Positions 7,191 to 14,831 of a stretch of DNA of 32,000 nt are shown here, piece after piece. The position numbers were made by a program, and so were the translations under genes. The notes under the pieces are model-generated. The model did no database searches. It was given only the letters and a program-made list of their open reading frames with translations, and had not been told where the DNA came from. Location of the stretch: contig JAFQRY010000032.1 in the NCBI GenBank assembly GCA_017409845.1, forward strand, positions 47,783 through 79,782, given 5' to 3'. The stretch is from Clostridia bacterium (lineage in GTDB: Bacteria; Bacillota; Clostridia; Oscillospirales; Acutalibacteraceae). The number at the start of each line of letters is the position of its first letter. Position 1 is the stretch's first letter.

Positions 7191-8570
7191 TCAGTCAATT
7201 CTTGTGATTGTGTATGAGAATGTGTTCTTTCTGTCGGCTTCACGCTTCTCGAAGAAAGCTTCTGCCTGAGTGGGGAATGCGATATATGAAAGAACATCTT
7301 CTTCGCATGTTGCCTTGCTGCCGAGATATGCCTTTGCTTCTTCCATGCCGGGAGCAAGAGTATCTGCAAATCTGCCGGTATAAGGCTTTTCTTCGCCGAG
7401 AACGAGCTTCTGAAGCTCCTCGCTTACCTTGCCGGGAGCCTTGCCGTATTCGCCTTTGATGTAGCTCTTGACTTCCTTTGAAATGTTTTTGTATCTTTCG
7501 CCTGCAAGAACATTTGCGGTTGCCTGAACGCCTACCATCTGGCTCATGGGAGTTACAAGGGGAGGATAGCCGAGGTCTTCACGCACTCTGGGAGTTTCGA
7601 GAAGAACTTCGTCGAGCTTATCGAGCTTATTCTGTGCGGTGAGCTGTGCAACGAGGTTTGAAAGCATACCGCCGGGAATCTGATAGATGAGAGCATCTGT
7701 CTGAGTGCCCATAACAACGGGATTGAGAAGACCGCTGTCGAGTGCCTTTGCACGGATGGGCTTGAAGAAATCGTTGATTTCCTTGCAGATGTTTTCGTCA
7801 ACGTCAACATCGTAGCCGTACTGCTTGAGAGTGTAAACAAGAGTTTCGGTTGCGGGCTGTGAGGTACCGCCTGAGAAGCATGAGATAGCCGAGTCGATAA
7901 CATCTGCACCTGCTTCAACGCACTTGAGAAGTGTCATAAAGCCGAGACCTGTTGTTGAATGGGTGTGAACAACGATGGGAACTTTAACGTTTGCCTTGAG
8001 AGCCTTTACAAGGTCATAGCCTTCCTTGGGACTCATAATGCCTGCCATGTCCTTGATGCAGATTGACTGAACGCCGAGTGCTTCAATCTCTTTTGCGAGC
8101 TTAACATAGCTTTCAAGGTTGTGGATGGGGCTGAGTGTGTAGCAGATTGTGCCTGATGCGTGTGCACCGCACTTGAGAGTTTCGTCAACTGCTACCTCGA
8201 TATTGCGAACGTCGTTGAGAGCATCGAAAATTCTGATGATGTCGATGCCGTTTTCAACGCTCTTTCTGATGAATGCACGGACAACATCGTCGGGATAATG
8301 CTTGTAGCCGAGAAGATTCTGACCTCTGAGGAGCATCTGGAGCTTGGTGTTGGGGCAAGCCTTTCTGATGTTGCGGAGTCTTTCCCAGGGATCTTCGTTG
8401 AGGTAGCGCAGGCATGAATCGAAGGTTGCGCCGCCCCAGCATTCAAGTGAATAGTAGCCTGCCTTATCGAGCTTTTCAAGAACGGGCTTGAAATCCGAGA
8501 AAGGCATTCTTGTTGCGATGAGAGACTGATTGGCGTCTCTGAGCACGGTTTCTGTGAAATTAACTTTCAT
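7191..8570 (-). CDS. oadA: oxaloacetate decarboxylase alpha subunit, carboxyltransferase domain only (PycB/OadA-like, no biotinyl domain)
   Basis: 459 aa. Contains the N-terminal TETVLRDANQSL motif, the TIM-barrel HMGL-like pattern, VVHTHSTTGLG and a C-terminal association domain. The biotin domain is encoded separately at 6254-6676. Confidence 0.85.
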   Translation of the reverse strand: MKVNFTETVLRDANQSLIATRMPFSDFKPVLEKLDKAGYYSLECWGGATFDSCLRYLNEDPWERLRNIRKACPNTKLQMLLRGQNLLGYKHYPDDVVRAFIRKSVENGIDIIRIFDALNDVRNIEVAVDETLKCGAHASGTICYTLSPIHNLESYVKLAKEIEALGVQSICIKDMAGIMSPKEGYDLVKALKANVKVPIVVHTHSTTGLGFMTLLKCVEAGADVIDSAISCFSGGTSQPATETLVYTLKQYGYDVDVDENICKEINDFFKPIRAKALDSGLLNPVVMGTQTDALIYQIPGGMLSNLVAQLTAQNKLDKLDEVLLETPRVREDLGYPPLVTPMSQMVGVQATANVLAGERYKNISKEVKSYIKGEYGKAPGKVSEELQKLVLGEEKPYTGRFADTLAPGMEEAKAYLGSKATCEEDVLSYIAFPTQAEAFFEKREADRKNTFSYTITRID

Positions 8571-8619
8571 AATTCGCCGGGTTCCTTTCTATAGTAAATA
8601 AGAATATTTTTGCCGGAAA

Positions 8620-10002
8620 TCAGAATTCAATGCGTGCAGCGATATAATCCTCGAGAGCATCGATTGAAATTCTCTCCTGCTGCATTGTGTCACGGTCACG
8701 GACTGTTACGCAGTTATCCTCGAGTGAATCGAAATCGAAGGTGATGCAGATGGGAGTGCCGATTTCGTCTTCACGGCGGTAACGCTTGCCGATTGAGCCT
8801 GTTTCATCGAAGTCAACCATAAACTTCTTCTGAAGCTTTTCATAAACCTTGAGAGCGTCGGGTGAAAGCTTCTTTGAAAGGGGAAGAACGGCTGCCTTGA
8901 AGGGTGCAACTGCGGGGCTGAGGTGGAGAACAACTCTTGTGTCGTTCTTTTCAGCGTCGATAACCTCTTCGTCGTAAGCCTCGCAGAGAAGAGCAAGAAC
9001 TGTTCTGTCAAGACCGTAGGTTGATTCTATGATAAAGGGAATGAATTTTTCGTTGGTTTCAGGGTCAAGATAATCCATCTTCTGACCGCTGTATTCCTGA
9101 TGTCTTGTGAGGTCGAAGTTGGTTCTGTTGTGGGTGCCGTTGACCTCGCCCCAGCCGAAGGGGAAGAGGAATTCGATATCGCAGGCAGCCTTTGCGTAGT
9201 GAGCAAGCTTTTCGTGGTCGTGGAAACGGAGGTTTTCGGCCTTGATGCCGAGATCCTGATAATACTTCATGCCGTATTCCTTGAAGTAATCGTAAAGCTC
9301 GCTGTCGGTGCCCTCCTTGCAGAAGGTCTGGAACTCCATCTGCTCAAACTCGATGGTTCTGAAGGTGAAGTTACCGGGAGTGATTTCATTTCTGAAAGCC
9401 TTACCGATCTGACCGATGCTGAAAGGAAGCTTTGCTCTCATTGTTCTCTGAACGTTGAGGTAGTTGACATATTCGCCCTGAGCGTTTTCGGGGCGGAGAT
9501 AAATAACGTTTTTGCTGTCGTTTGTAACGCCTCTGAAGGTCTGGAACATGAGGTTGAATTCTCTGATATCGGTGAAATCATGCTTGCCGCAGTGGGGGCA
9601 GGGGATTGAGTTTGCCTTGATATATTCAAACATTTCCTCTTTTGTCATGCCGTCTGCGTGTGCGTCGGGATTGAAGTCATCAATAAGATTATCTGCTCTG
9701 TGACGCTTTTTGCATTCCTTGCAGTCAAGAAGGGGGTCTGAGAAGCTTGCAACGTGGCCGCTTGCTTCCCATACTCTGGGATGCATGAGGATATCTGCAT
9801 CAACCTCATAGCTGTTTTTTCTTTCCTGAATGAATCTTTTACGCCATGTGTCTTTGACATTGTTTTTCATTCTTGCACCGAGGGGGCCGTAGTCCCATGT
9901 GTTTGCAAGACCGCCGTAGATTTCGCTGCCTGCAAAGATGAAGCCTCTGCCTTTGCAAAGGGCAACGATTTTTTCCATTGTTTTGTCTGTGTTTTTCATC
10001 AT
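8620..10002 (-). CDS. glyQS: glycine--tRNA ligase (dimeric class II GlyQS type)
   Basis: CKGRGFIFAGSEIYGGLANTWDYGPLG plus class II synthetase motifs, about 460 aa. The start is placed at the ATG at 10002, with GGGAG 8 nt upstream. The longer ORF reaching 10020 has no RBS. Confidence 0.9.
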   Translation of the reverse strand: MMKNTDKTMEKIVALCKGRGFIFAGSEIYGGLANTWDYGPLGARMKNNVKDTWRKRFIQERKNSYEVDADILMHPRVWEASGHVASFSDPLLDCKECKKRHRADNLIDDFNPDAHADGMTKEEMFEYIKANSIPCPHCGKHDFTDIREFNLMFQTFRGVTNDSKNVIYLRPENAQGEYVNYLNVQRTMRAKLPFSIGQIGKAFRNEITPGNFTFRTIEFEQMEFQTFCKEGTDSELYDYFKEYGMKYYQDLGIKAENLRFHDHEKLAHYAKAACDIEFLFPFGWGEVNGTHNRTNFDLTRHQEYSGQKMDYLDPETNEKFIPFIIESTYGLDRTVLALLCEAYDEEVIDAEKNDTRVVLHLSPAVAPFKAAVLPLSKKLSPDALKVYEKLQKKFMVDFDETGSIGKRYRREDEIGTPICITFDFDSLEDNCVTVRDRDTMQQERISIDALEDYIAARIEF

Positions 10003-10039
10003 ATCCAAAACTCCCGCCATTATAAATTTTTACTCTGTT

Positions 10040-10069
10040 ATCATACCCTAAAATTGCCTTTGAAGTCAA
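10040..10069 (-). promoter_or_regulatory. candidate sigma-A promoter of glyQS
   Basis: The minus strand reads TTGACT (10064-10069), 18 nt, TATGAT (10040-10045). The resulting leader is only about 30 nt. Confidence 0.45.
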
Positions 10070-10083
10070 TGATTTCCGCAACT

Positions 10084-10106
10084 AAAAAAGACCGCACAAA
10101 GCGGCC
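10084..10106 (-). terminator. rho-independent terminator of the Zn-ribbon membrane protein gene
   Basis: The minus strand reads GGCCGC-TTTGT-GCGGTC (one G-U pair) followed by TTTTTT. Confidence 0.65.
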
Positions 10107-10167
10107 TTTTTTGGTGAAAAGTCATATAATATATATTATTATATCAAAAAGAAATTATAATTGATGA

Positions 10168-10770
10168 TTATTTGCGTCTGAATGCACGGATGTGTGCATG
10201 GATTTCAGCTGCCTGAGAGTCGTTAAGACCCTTTATGTCAATTGCTCCGAAATCGGTGATGAGAGTGAATCCGGGGTGAGAATCCGAGCTTCTTCTGGTC
10301 GTTGAAACCACGCTCATTCCGATGCCGTGAGTGTTGACTCTGACAATATCGTCGTAATAAACGATGAAATGCTTTGTGAAGCAGGGGATTTTTGCGGGAA
10401 TTCTGCCTTCAATGCAGTTTTTGTAAACCTCAACATAGCATTTTGAAGCAGTGATTGCGGCCAGAATTATATAAATAAGTGCAAGCACTCCTGCACACAT
10501 AATCACGGCATCGGCAAAACGGTTGTTGTTATCGGAAATCATAAGAAGAATCACATAACCCATCATTCCTGCAAGCGGAATCAGAACAAGCGGAAAGAGT
10601 ATATATTTGTAAAAATAATTTTTGCCCATGGTGAAAAATCTCAGGGATTTGCCTTTTTCACGGTCTGAATAATCGGGCACGGGCTCAAGAGGAGTTGATT
10701 TCAGCCTTCCGCATTCGGTGCAGAGATTATCCGAACGGCTCATTTTTGCTTTGCAGAATTTGCATTTCAT
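10168..10770 (-). CDS. zinc-ribbon / 2-TM membrane protein with a C-terminal cytoplasmic beta-rich (bacterial PH-like?) domain
   Basis: The start is set at MKCKFCKAKMSRSDNLCTECG (CxxC..CxxC), where GAGGTGA lies 5 nt upstream. Two hydrophobic helices follow, then an ~80-aa C-terminal domain. The ORF-track extension to 10821 has no RBS. Confidence 0.6.
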   Translation of the reverse strand: MKCKFCKAKMSRSDNLCTECGRLKSTPLEPVPDYSDREKGKSLRFFTMGKNYFYKYILFPLVLIPLAGMMGYVILLMISDNNNRFADAVIMCAGVLALIYIILAAITASKCYVEVYKNCIEGRIPAKIPCFTKHFIVYYDDIVRVNTHGIGMSVVSTTRRSSDSHPGFTLITDFGAIDIKGLNDSQAAEIHAHIRAFRRK

Positions 10771-10789
10771 TTTTATCACCTCTGATTTT

Positions 10790-10818
10790 AATATAGCAGA
10801 CAAATCGGTAACAGTCAA
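10790..10818 (-). promoter_or_regulatory. candidate sigma-A promoter of the Zn-ribbon membrane protein gene
   Basis: The minus strand reads TTGACT (10813-10818), 17 nt, TATATT (10790-10795). Confidence 0.5.
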
Positions 10819-10927
10819 CAAAACAATTCACTTTTCCACATTTCCGTCATCCTTCTTTTGAATGATTGATGATTTATTATAGTTGAATTATTATGATTAT
10901 ATTTATTATTACTTACGGTTGTTTTTC

Positions 10928-10999
10928 GAACCTCGCGAAGTATGATTTTTATACCTCGCAGGTGTGTTTTCTGAACCTCGCAGGTGTGATTTTTACCTG
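10928..10999. repeat. 3.2 tandem copies of a 22-23-bp unit (iteron-like)
   Basis: + strand units are GAACCTCGCGAAGTATGATTTTT (10928-10950), ATACCTCGCAGGTGTGTTTTCT (10951-10972), GAACCTCGCAGGTGTGATTTTT (10973-10994) and ACCTG (partial). Confidence 0.85.
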
Positions 11000-11004
11000 T
11001 TCCG

Positions 11005-11034
11005 AAAAAAACGGGACGGCACAGAGGCCGTCCC
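11005..11034 (-). terminator. rho-independent terminator of the three-gene membrane-protein operon
   Basis: 8-bp GC stem GGGACGGC / GCCGTCCC with a 6-nt loop, followed on the minus strand by G plus TTTTTTT. It lies 26 nt downstream of the stop at 11060. Confidence 0.8.
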
Positions 11035-11059
11035 CTACGGTGTTGGATATGGTTTTCGG

Positions 11060-11329
11060 TCAGAAAATATTACCGAGCATCTTAGCAATTGTTTCGGATG
11101 CAGCAATAAGTTTTTCTTCGTTTTCACCGAATAGCTCAAGGAATTTTTCTGTGCCGGAATTGAGAAATTCTATAAAAGCATCAACATCACCTGCAAAAAA
11201 GATGTTTATGATAAAAGAAAAAGGCGACATGATGACATCGTTGACCGTGATTCCGAGTTTATCCGCAATAACGATAATTGATAAAAACGGAAGGCATAAA
11301 GGGATAAACAGCATAGCTACAGAGCCCAT
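11060..11329 (-). CDS. small hypothetical membrane protein (89 aa)
   Basis: AAGGAGG RBS 5 nt upstream of the ATG. It begins 21 nt after the stop of the upstream gene. One or two hydrophobic helices are followed by an acidic amphipathic tail. The overlapping + strand ORF 10893-11345 runs through the repeats and the terminator and is rejected. Confidence 0.6.
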   Translation of the reverse strand: MGSVAMLFIPLCLPFLSIIVIADKLGITVNDVIMSPFSFIINIFFAGDVDAFIEFLNSGTEKFLELFGENEEKLIAASETIAKMLGNIF

Positions 11330-11350
11330 AATGTCCTCCTTTTGAATTAT

Positions 11351-12004
11351 TTAATCATAAAAACGGTGAGATTCGTCAATGATTTCTGCACCGTTATCAG
11401 TAATTTTATAAGTTATTGTGATACCCTCTTTGCTGTTTCCCGAACTACCGTATGAAAAAGAAATCCAATAGGTTTCTCTTTCGTATTTATCAAACGGATG
11501 GACAACGGTAAAGGTTGTTTCGGCGTTGTTTGTGTCAGGATTATAAAGGACATATTCCGAATCTGCTACAGCAACATACCACGAACTGAATATGCTCGGC
11601 TTTTTCGCTTTTACGGTATAATCAAAATCATAATATTCGCCGGGAGCATAAACAGAAAGGTCATATGACTGCGGTGTATTCGTGTTATTACATACATAAT
11701 ATTTCTTTTCGTTGCCGTTTTTGTCCGTAAAAATAATGCTGCTGAATTCACCGCTTTGTGAGTCATGATAACCGAAGGATTTCGGACGGATATAAAAAAT
11801 CTGTTCATTTCCTCTGGTTTCGGTTTTGGCAAGCTGATAAATCTCGTCATCATAATTGCATTCCCAGACGATGCCGTTTTCAGGTTCATAGGGAAGAATG
11901 AACTCTGTTCTGTCGTTGCCTGTCATAAATCCGAAAATCATTTCGGGAATTAAGATAAACAGCATAATCGGGGTGAGAAGAAAAATCGTGAATGAAGCAC
12001 CCAT
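11351..12004 (-). CDS. hypothetical N-terminally membrane-anchored protein, paralogue B
   Basis: The start is set at MGASFTIFLL, with AGGAGA RBS upstream. One N-terminal TM helix. It shares EFILPYEPENGIVWE, GNEQIF, DYTVKA and LYNPDT blocks with the product of 12080-12790. Confidence 0.65.
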   Translation of the reverse strand: MGASFTIFLLTPIMLFILIPEMIFGFMTGNDRTEFILPYEPENGIVWECNYDDEIYQLAKTETRGNEQIFYIRPKSFGYHDSQSGEFSSIIFTDKNGNEKKYYVCNNTNTPQSYDLSVYAPGEYYDFDYTVKAKKPSIFSSWYVAVADSEYVLYNPDTNNAETTFTVVHPFDKYERETYWISFSYGSSGNSKEGITITYKITDNGAEIIDESHRFYD

Positions 12005-12079
12005 AGTATTCTCCTTTCTTTTGAACGCTATTTGGATAGTTCGCAATTTTTTGAATGAAACGCTGCTCCTGCAAATTTA

Positions 12080-12790
12080 TTAACTGATGTTGGAATTCAT
12101 CAATTCACCGGGAGTTGCAACCGGCAGATTATCTCTGAAAATAAGAGGGTCATTGGGTGTTGCAACGGGAGTGTCGCCCGTGAAATCAAACCATACATAG
12201 TGGTGTTCTTCATGACCGGCGGTTTCTGAACGGCATTCAAAATAACATCCGAATTCTTTTTCCTCGTTTTTGGGGAAAAGAATAACCGTGTGTGTTATTT
12301 CCGTACCTGTTGTGTCTGTGCTGTAGAGAATGTTTTCTTTATTTTTGCAATAAACATCAACAGACCATTCGCAATCCTCATTGCCGCAAACAGATTTTAC
12401 CGTATAATCTGTCACAACGCAGTCTTCTGCGGGTGCGATGATGACCTTATCATATATAAAGCCGTTTTCTGCATATGCATAATAGATGCGTGTTTCTCCG
12501 TTTTCAGCGGTAAAAACAAGGTCCATTACATAACCCTGTTTAATATCTGTTTTTGCATCCATACCTGTAAAAGAGAAAATCTGCTTGCCGTTTTCTGTTT
12601 TTGAGCTTGTAAGAATAACTGAAATATCGTTAACGCAGTCGTATTCCCAGATATATCCGCTTTCGGGCTCGTAAGGAAGAACAACCTCTGAGGTGTTGTC
12701 ACCGACTGCGATACCGAGAAATCCGAAAAGCGCCGAAGCAATTGCAAACACGGCAATTCCGCATATTGTAAAAAGTGTCATGAATACCAT
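12080..12790 (-). CDS. hypothetical N-terminally membrane-anchored protein, paralogue A
   Basis: The start is set at MVFMTLFTICG, with AGGAG 7 nt upstream. The ORF-track N-terminal extension MPSSRHQRKEKI is encoded by repeat copy B and is rejected. Collinear with paralogue B (EVVLPYEPESGYIWE, NGKQIF, DYTVKS, LYSTDT). Confidence 0.65.
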   Translation of the reverse strand: MVFMTLFTICGIAVFAIASALFGFLGIAVGDNTSEVVLPYEPESGYIWEYDCVNDISVILTSSKTENGKQIFSFTGMDAKTDIKQGYVMDLVFTAENGETRIYYAYAENGFIYDKVIIAPAEDCVVTDYTVKSVCGNEDCEWSVDVYCKNKENILYSTDTTGTEITHTVILFPKNEEKEFGCYFECRSETAGHEEHHYVWFDFTGDTPVATPNDPLIFRDNLPVATPGELMNSNIS

Positions 12791-12810
12791 AATTTTCTCC
12801 TTTCTTTGGT

Positions 12811-13056
12811 GGCGGGATGAGGGCATCCCGCCTTGATTTTTGATAAGTTAAAAAATCAATCCTCCGTCACGGCTTAAAGCCGTGACACCTCCTTTTCAAA
12901 GGAGGCTGATGTAACAGAAAGCTTTCTGTTATAATCAGACAAACTGTTTGGGCTCCTTTTATTAACTCCCTCAGTCTCGCTTTGCTCGACAGCTCCCTCA
13001 CGAGGGAGCCGTATTGCTGTCCGTAGGACTGAGGATTGGTGAATGCGAGAGCATTC
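12811..13056. repeat. copy B of the hairpin-dense modular intergenic repeat family
   Basis: GGCGGGATGAGGGCATCCCGC at 12811-12831 is identical to 1144-1164. The module CCTCCGTC-[ACGGCTTAAAGCCGT]-GACACCTCCTTTTCAAAGGAGG lies at 12861-12905. The palindrome AACAGAAAGCTTTCTGTT lies at 12912-12929. CTCCCTCAG..GCTCCCTCACGAGGGAGC lies at 12966-13009. GAATGC-GAGA-GCATTC lies at 13041-13056. Confidence 0.85.
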
Positions 13057-13090
13057 GGAATGTAAAACAAATATTATCTGTTCCGTGTAT

Positions 13091-14686
13091 TTATCTTTCC
13101 AGACTGTCAATCAATTCAAAATGGTCAATGAAGAAATTCTGCGTTGCGTCTGCTTCGTTGCCCAGACCGATAACCTTGCCGTGGTCGCCGTCCTTTGTTT
13201 CGGCAACATTCCAGATGCCCCTTTGGATTCCGTCCATTTCTGCGATGGAATCCGTATATTCGATATAGGGTTCGTTGAACGGGTATCTTGCAGAAATAAC
13301 GCTCACAAGTCCGTCGTTTTCCTGCCATGCTTCGTCAATGGTAATTCCGCCTGCGGTTGTGCCCTTGAAGGAGCCCATTGCAAGTGCAAACGGATAAAGA
13401 ATGGGCAGGGTTGAGGTGTTGGGCACCTGACCTCTGAGAAGGGTGCCTGCCTTTGTTGTGCTGTAGGCATATGAGAAATAGTAAACGCCCTCAACCGTTC
13501 TGATTGTTGAGTTGAGTGCCGCCGCACCGTCGGGACTGAGGTCATATGCCGCGTGGTCGTTGCCTGCGGCAGTGATTTTGTCAATCGCACTTTCGGTGTT
13601 GCCGTCGGTTATTCCGAAATGGTCGAGCTTGAGGTCATAGATATTTTCGGCAGGCGATGCGATACCTGCAACGCCGAAGCAGAGGGTCATAAGAAGGTCG
13701 GTTGTGCTGCCGATGCCTACAAGACCGCCTACAGAATTGAGAACCTCGGTGAGCGATGAGCCGTTATGCGGTGCACAGAGGGTTGTTACGCTGTAAACCC
13801 AGTCACCCTTGCCGCCCGTGAAAAGCGGTGAGGTTTCTTCGCCCGTGAGAGCAACCTCGGCTTCGCTGCCGTATTCGAGAAGCGATGCAAGAAGTCTGAC
13901 GGTTGCACCGCCGAATGAATGGCCGAGAAGATTGATTTTTATTCTCTGACCGCCGTTGATTTTTTCGCCCCACTGAGCAACGAGCGGGGTATCGTATGTT
14001 CTGCCGTAGCGTTCGTGATTGTGTGCTTTTGAATGAGCCTCGCCGTAGTCAACGGTTGTGCCCGTAAGCTGTGCATAGAGCTCGCAGGTTCTGTCCCATG
14101 TGCTTGAAACGGGGCCCACACTCGGAGCATAAACTTCGTAGCCCTGCGAATTGAGCTGTTCGGTGAGGTTGCATGCGGTTGCTCCCCAATACTGAACGGT
14201 ATCGTTGACTCCGTCTCCCTCGCCCCATCCGCCGAGACCGTGAACGAGAACATAAGGATATTTGATTTTACCGCCGTTGAGCTCCCACCACGCTTCACGG
14301 ATTCCGCCGTAGTGAATGGGGATTGCAATAACCGTAATAATAACGCATATTGCAAGAATGGCGGCGATCGTTTTTATCAGCAGGCTGTTTTTGCCTTTTT
14401 TCGGTTTTTTGTTTTTAACGGGAACAGCGGGTGCAGGGTCGGAATATGCCGACTGCGGCTCTGCAGGTTCATTATTGAATGTTTCGGTTATATCCTCTTT
14501 CAGAAGATAGTCGGTAGAAACTCCGAAAAGCTCGCTCATTGCTATTATCTTATCGGTATCGGGAAGTGCACTGCCCGACTCCCATTTTGAAACGGACTGA
14601 CGGGATACTCCCATTGCCTCCGCAAATGATTCCTGAGAAAGTCCTTTTTCTTTTCTGAGTTTAATTATTTTGTCTGCAATACTCAT
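13091..14686 (-). CDS. XRE-family HTH / transmembrane / extracytoplasmic triacylglycerol-lipase-like (family I.5-like alpha/beta hydrolase) fusion protein
   Basis: The start is set at MSIADKIIKLRKEKGLSQESFAEAMGVSRQSVSKWESG, a canonical XRE HTH, with AGGAGG 7 nt upstream. One TM helix (LLIKTIAAILAICVIITVIAIPI). The lipase core shows YVLVHGLGGWGE, VGPVSSTWDRTCELYAQLTGTTVDYGEAHSKAHNHERYGRTY, the nucleophile elbow GHSFGG and TTLCAPHNGS. This closely parallels Geobacillus/Staphylococcus-type lipases. Confidence 0.8.
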   Translation of the reverse strand: MSIADKIIKLRKEKGLSQESFAEAMGVSRQSVSKWESGSALPDTDKIIAMSELFGVSTDYLLKEDITETFNNEPAEPQSAYSDPAPAVPVKNKKPKKGKNSLLIKTIAAILAICVIITVIAIPIHYGGIREAWWELNGGKIKYPYVLVHGLGGWGEGDGVNDTVQYWGATACNLTEQLNSQGYEVYAPSVGPVSSTWDRTCELYAQLTGTTVDYGEAHSKAHNHERYGRTYDTPLVAQWGEKINGGQRIKINLLGHSFGGATVRLLASLLEYGSEAEVALTGEETSPLFTGGKGDWVYSVTTLCAPHNGSSLTEVLNSVGGLVGIGSTTDLLMTLCFGVAGIASPAENIYDLKLDHFGITDGNTESAIDKITAAGNDHAAYDLSPDGAAALNSTIRTVEGVYYFSYAYSTTKAGTLLRGQVPNTSTLPILYPFALAMGSFKGTTAGGITIDEAWQENDGLVSVISARYPFNEPYIEYTDSIAEMDGIQRGIWNVAETKDGDHGKVIGLGNEADATQNFFIDHFELIDSLER

Positions 14687-14782
14687 GGTCAGCCTCCTTT
14701 GTGATTCAACCGAATTGTAGCTTGTTACGGCGGCGTTTTCAACCAATTCGGGTGTACATTTATAAAAAAGTTAAAATTTTTA

Positions 14783-14825
14783 TGTAAATATAAGTTTACA
14801 ATACCGTTGTAAAGCGGAGTTTACA
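14783..14825 (-). promoter_or_regulatory. two 18-bp palindromic operator-like sites (TGTAAA-N6-TTTACA) in the lipase-fusion gene leader
   Basis: TGTAAATATAAGTTTACA at 14783-14800 and TGTAAAGCGGAGTTTACA at 14808-14825, 7 bp apart. They start at about +1 of the promoter at 14832-14860. Confidence 0.6.
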
Positions 14826-14831
14826 TTGATT

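Noticed and set aside
10021-10167. Expected a T-box riboswitch upstream of glyQS.
   Set aside because: Only about 65 nt separate the upstream gene's terminator (10084-10106) from the glyQS start region, and a promoter-like TTGACT-18-TATGAT fills it. There is no room for a ~200-nt T-box and no T-box sequence (AGGGTGGNACCGCG-like) is seen.
10926-10999. tRNA remnant, att site or CRISPR interpretation of the tandem repeat. TTCGAACCTCGC resembles the reverse complement of a tRNA T-arm.
   Set aside because: No complementary T-stem, acceptor stem or anticodon arm can be folded. The units are directly adjacent with no spacers, so this is not a CRISPR array. There are only 3.2 copies.
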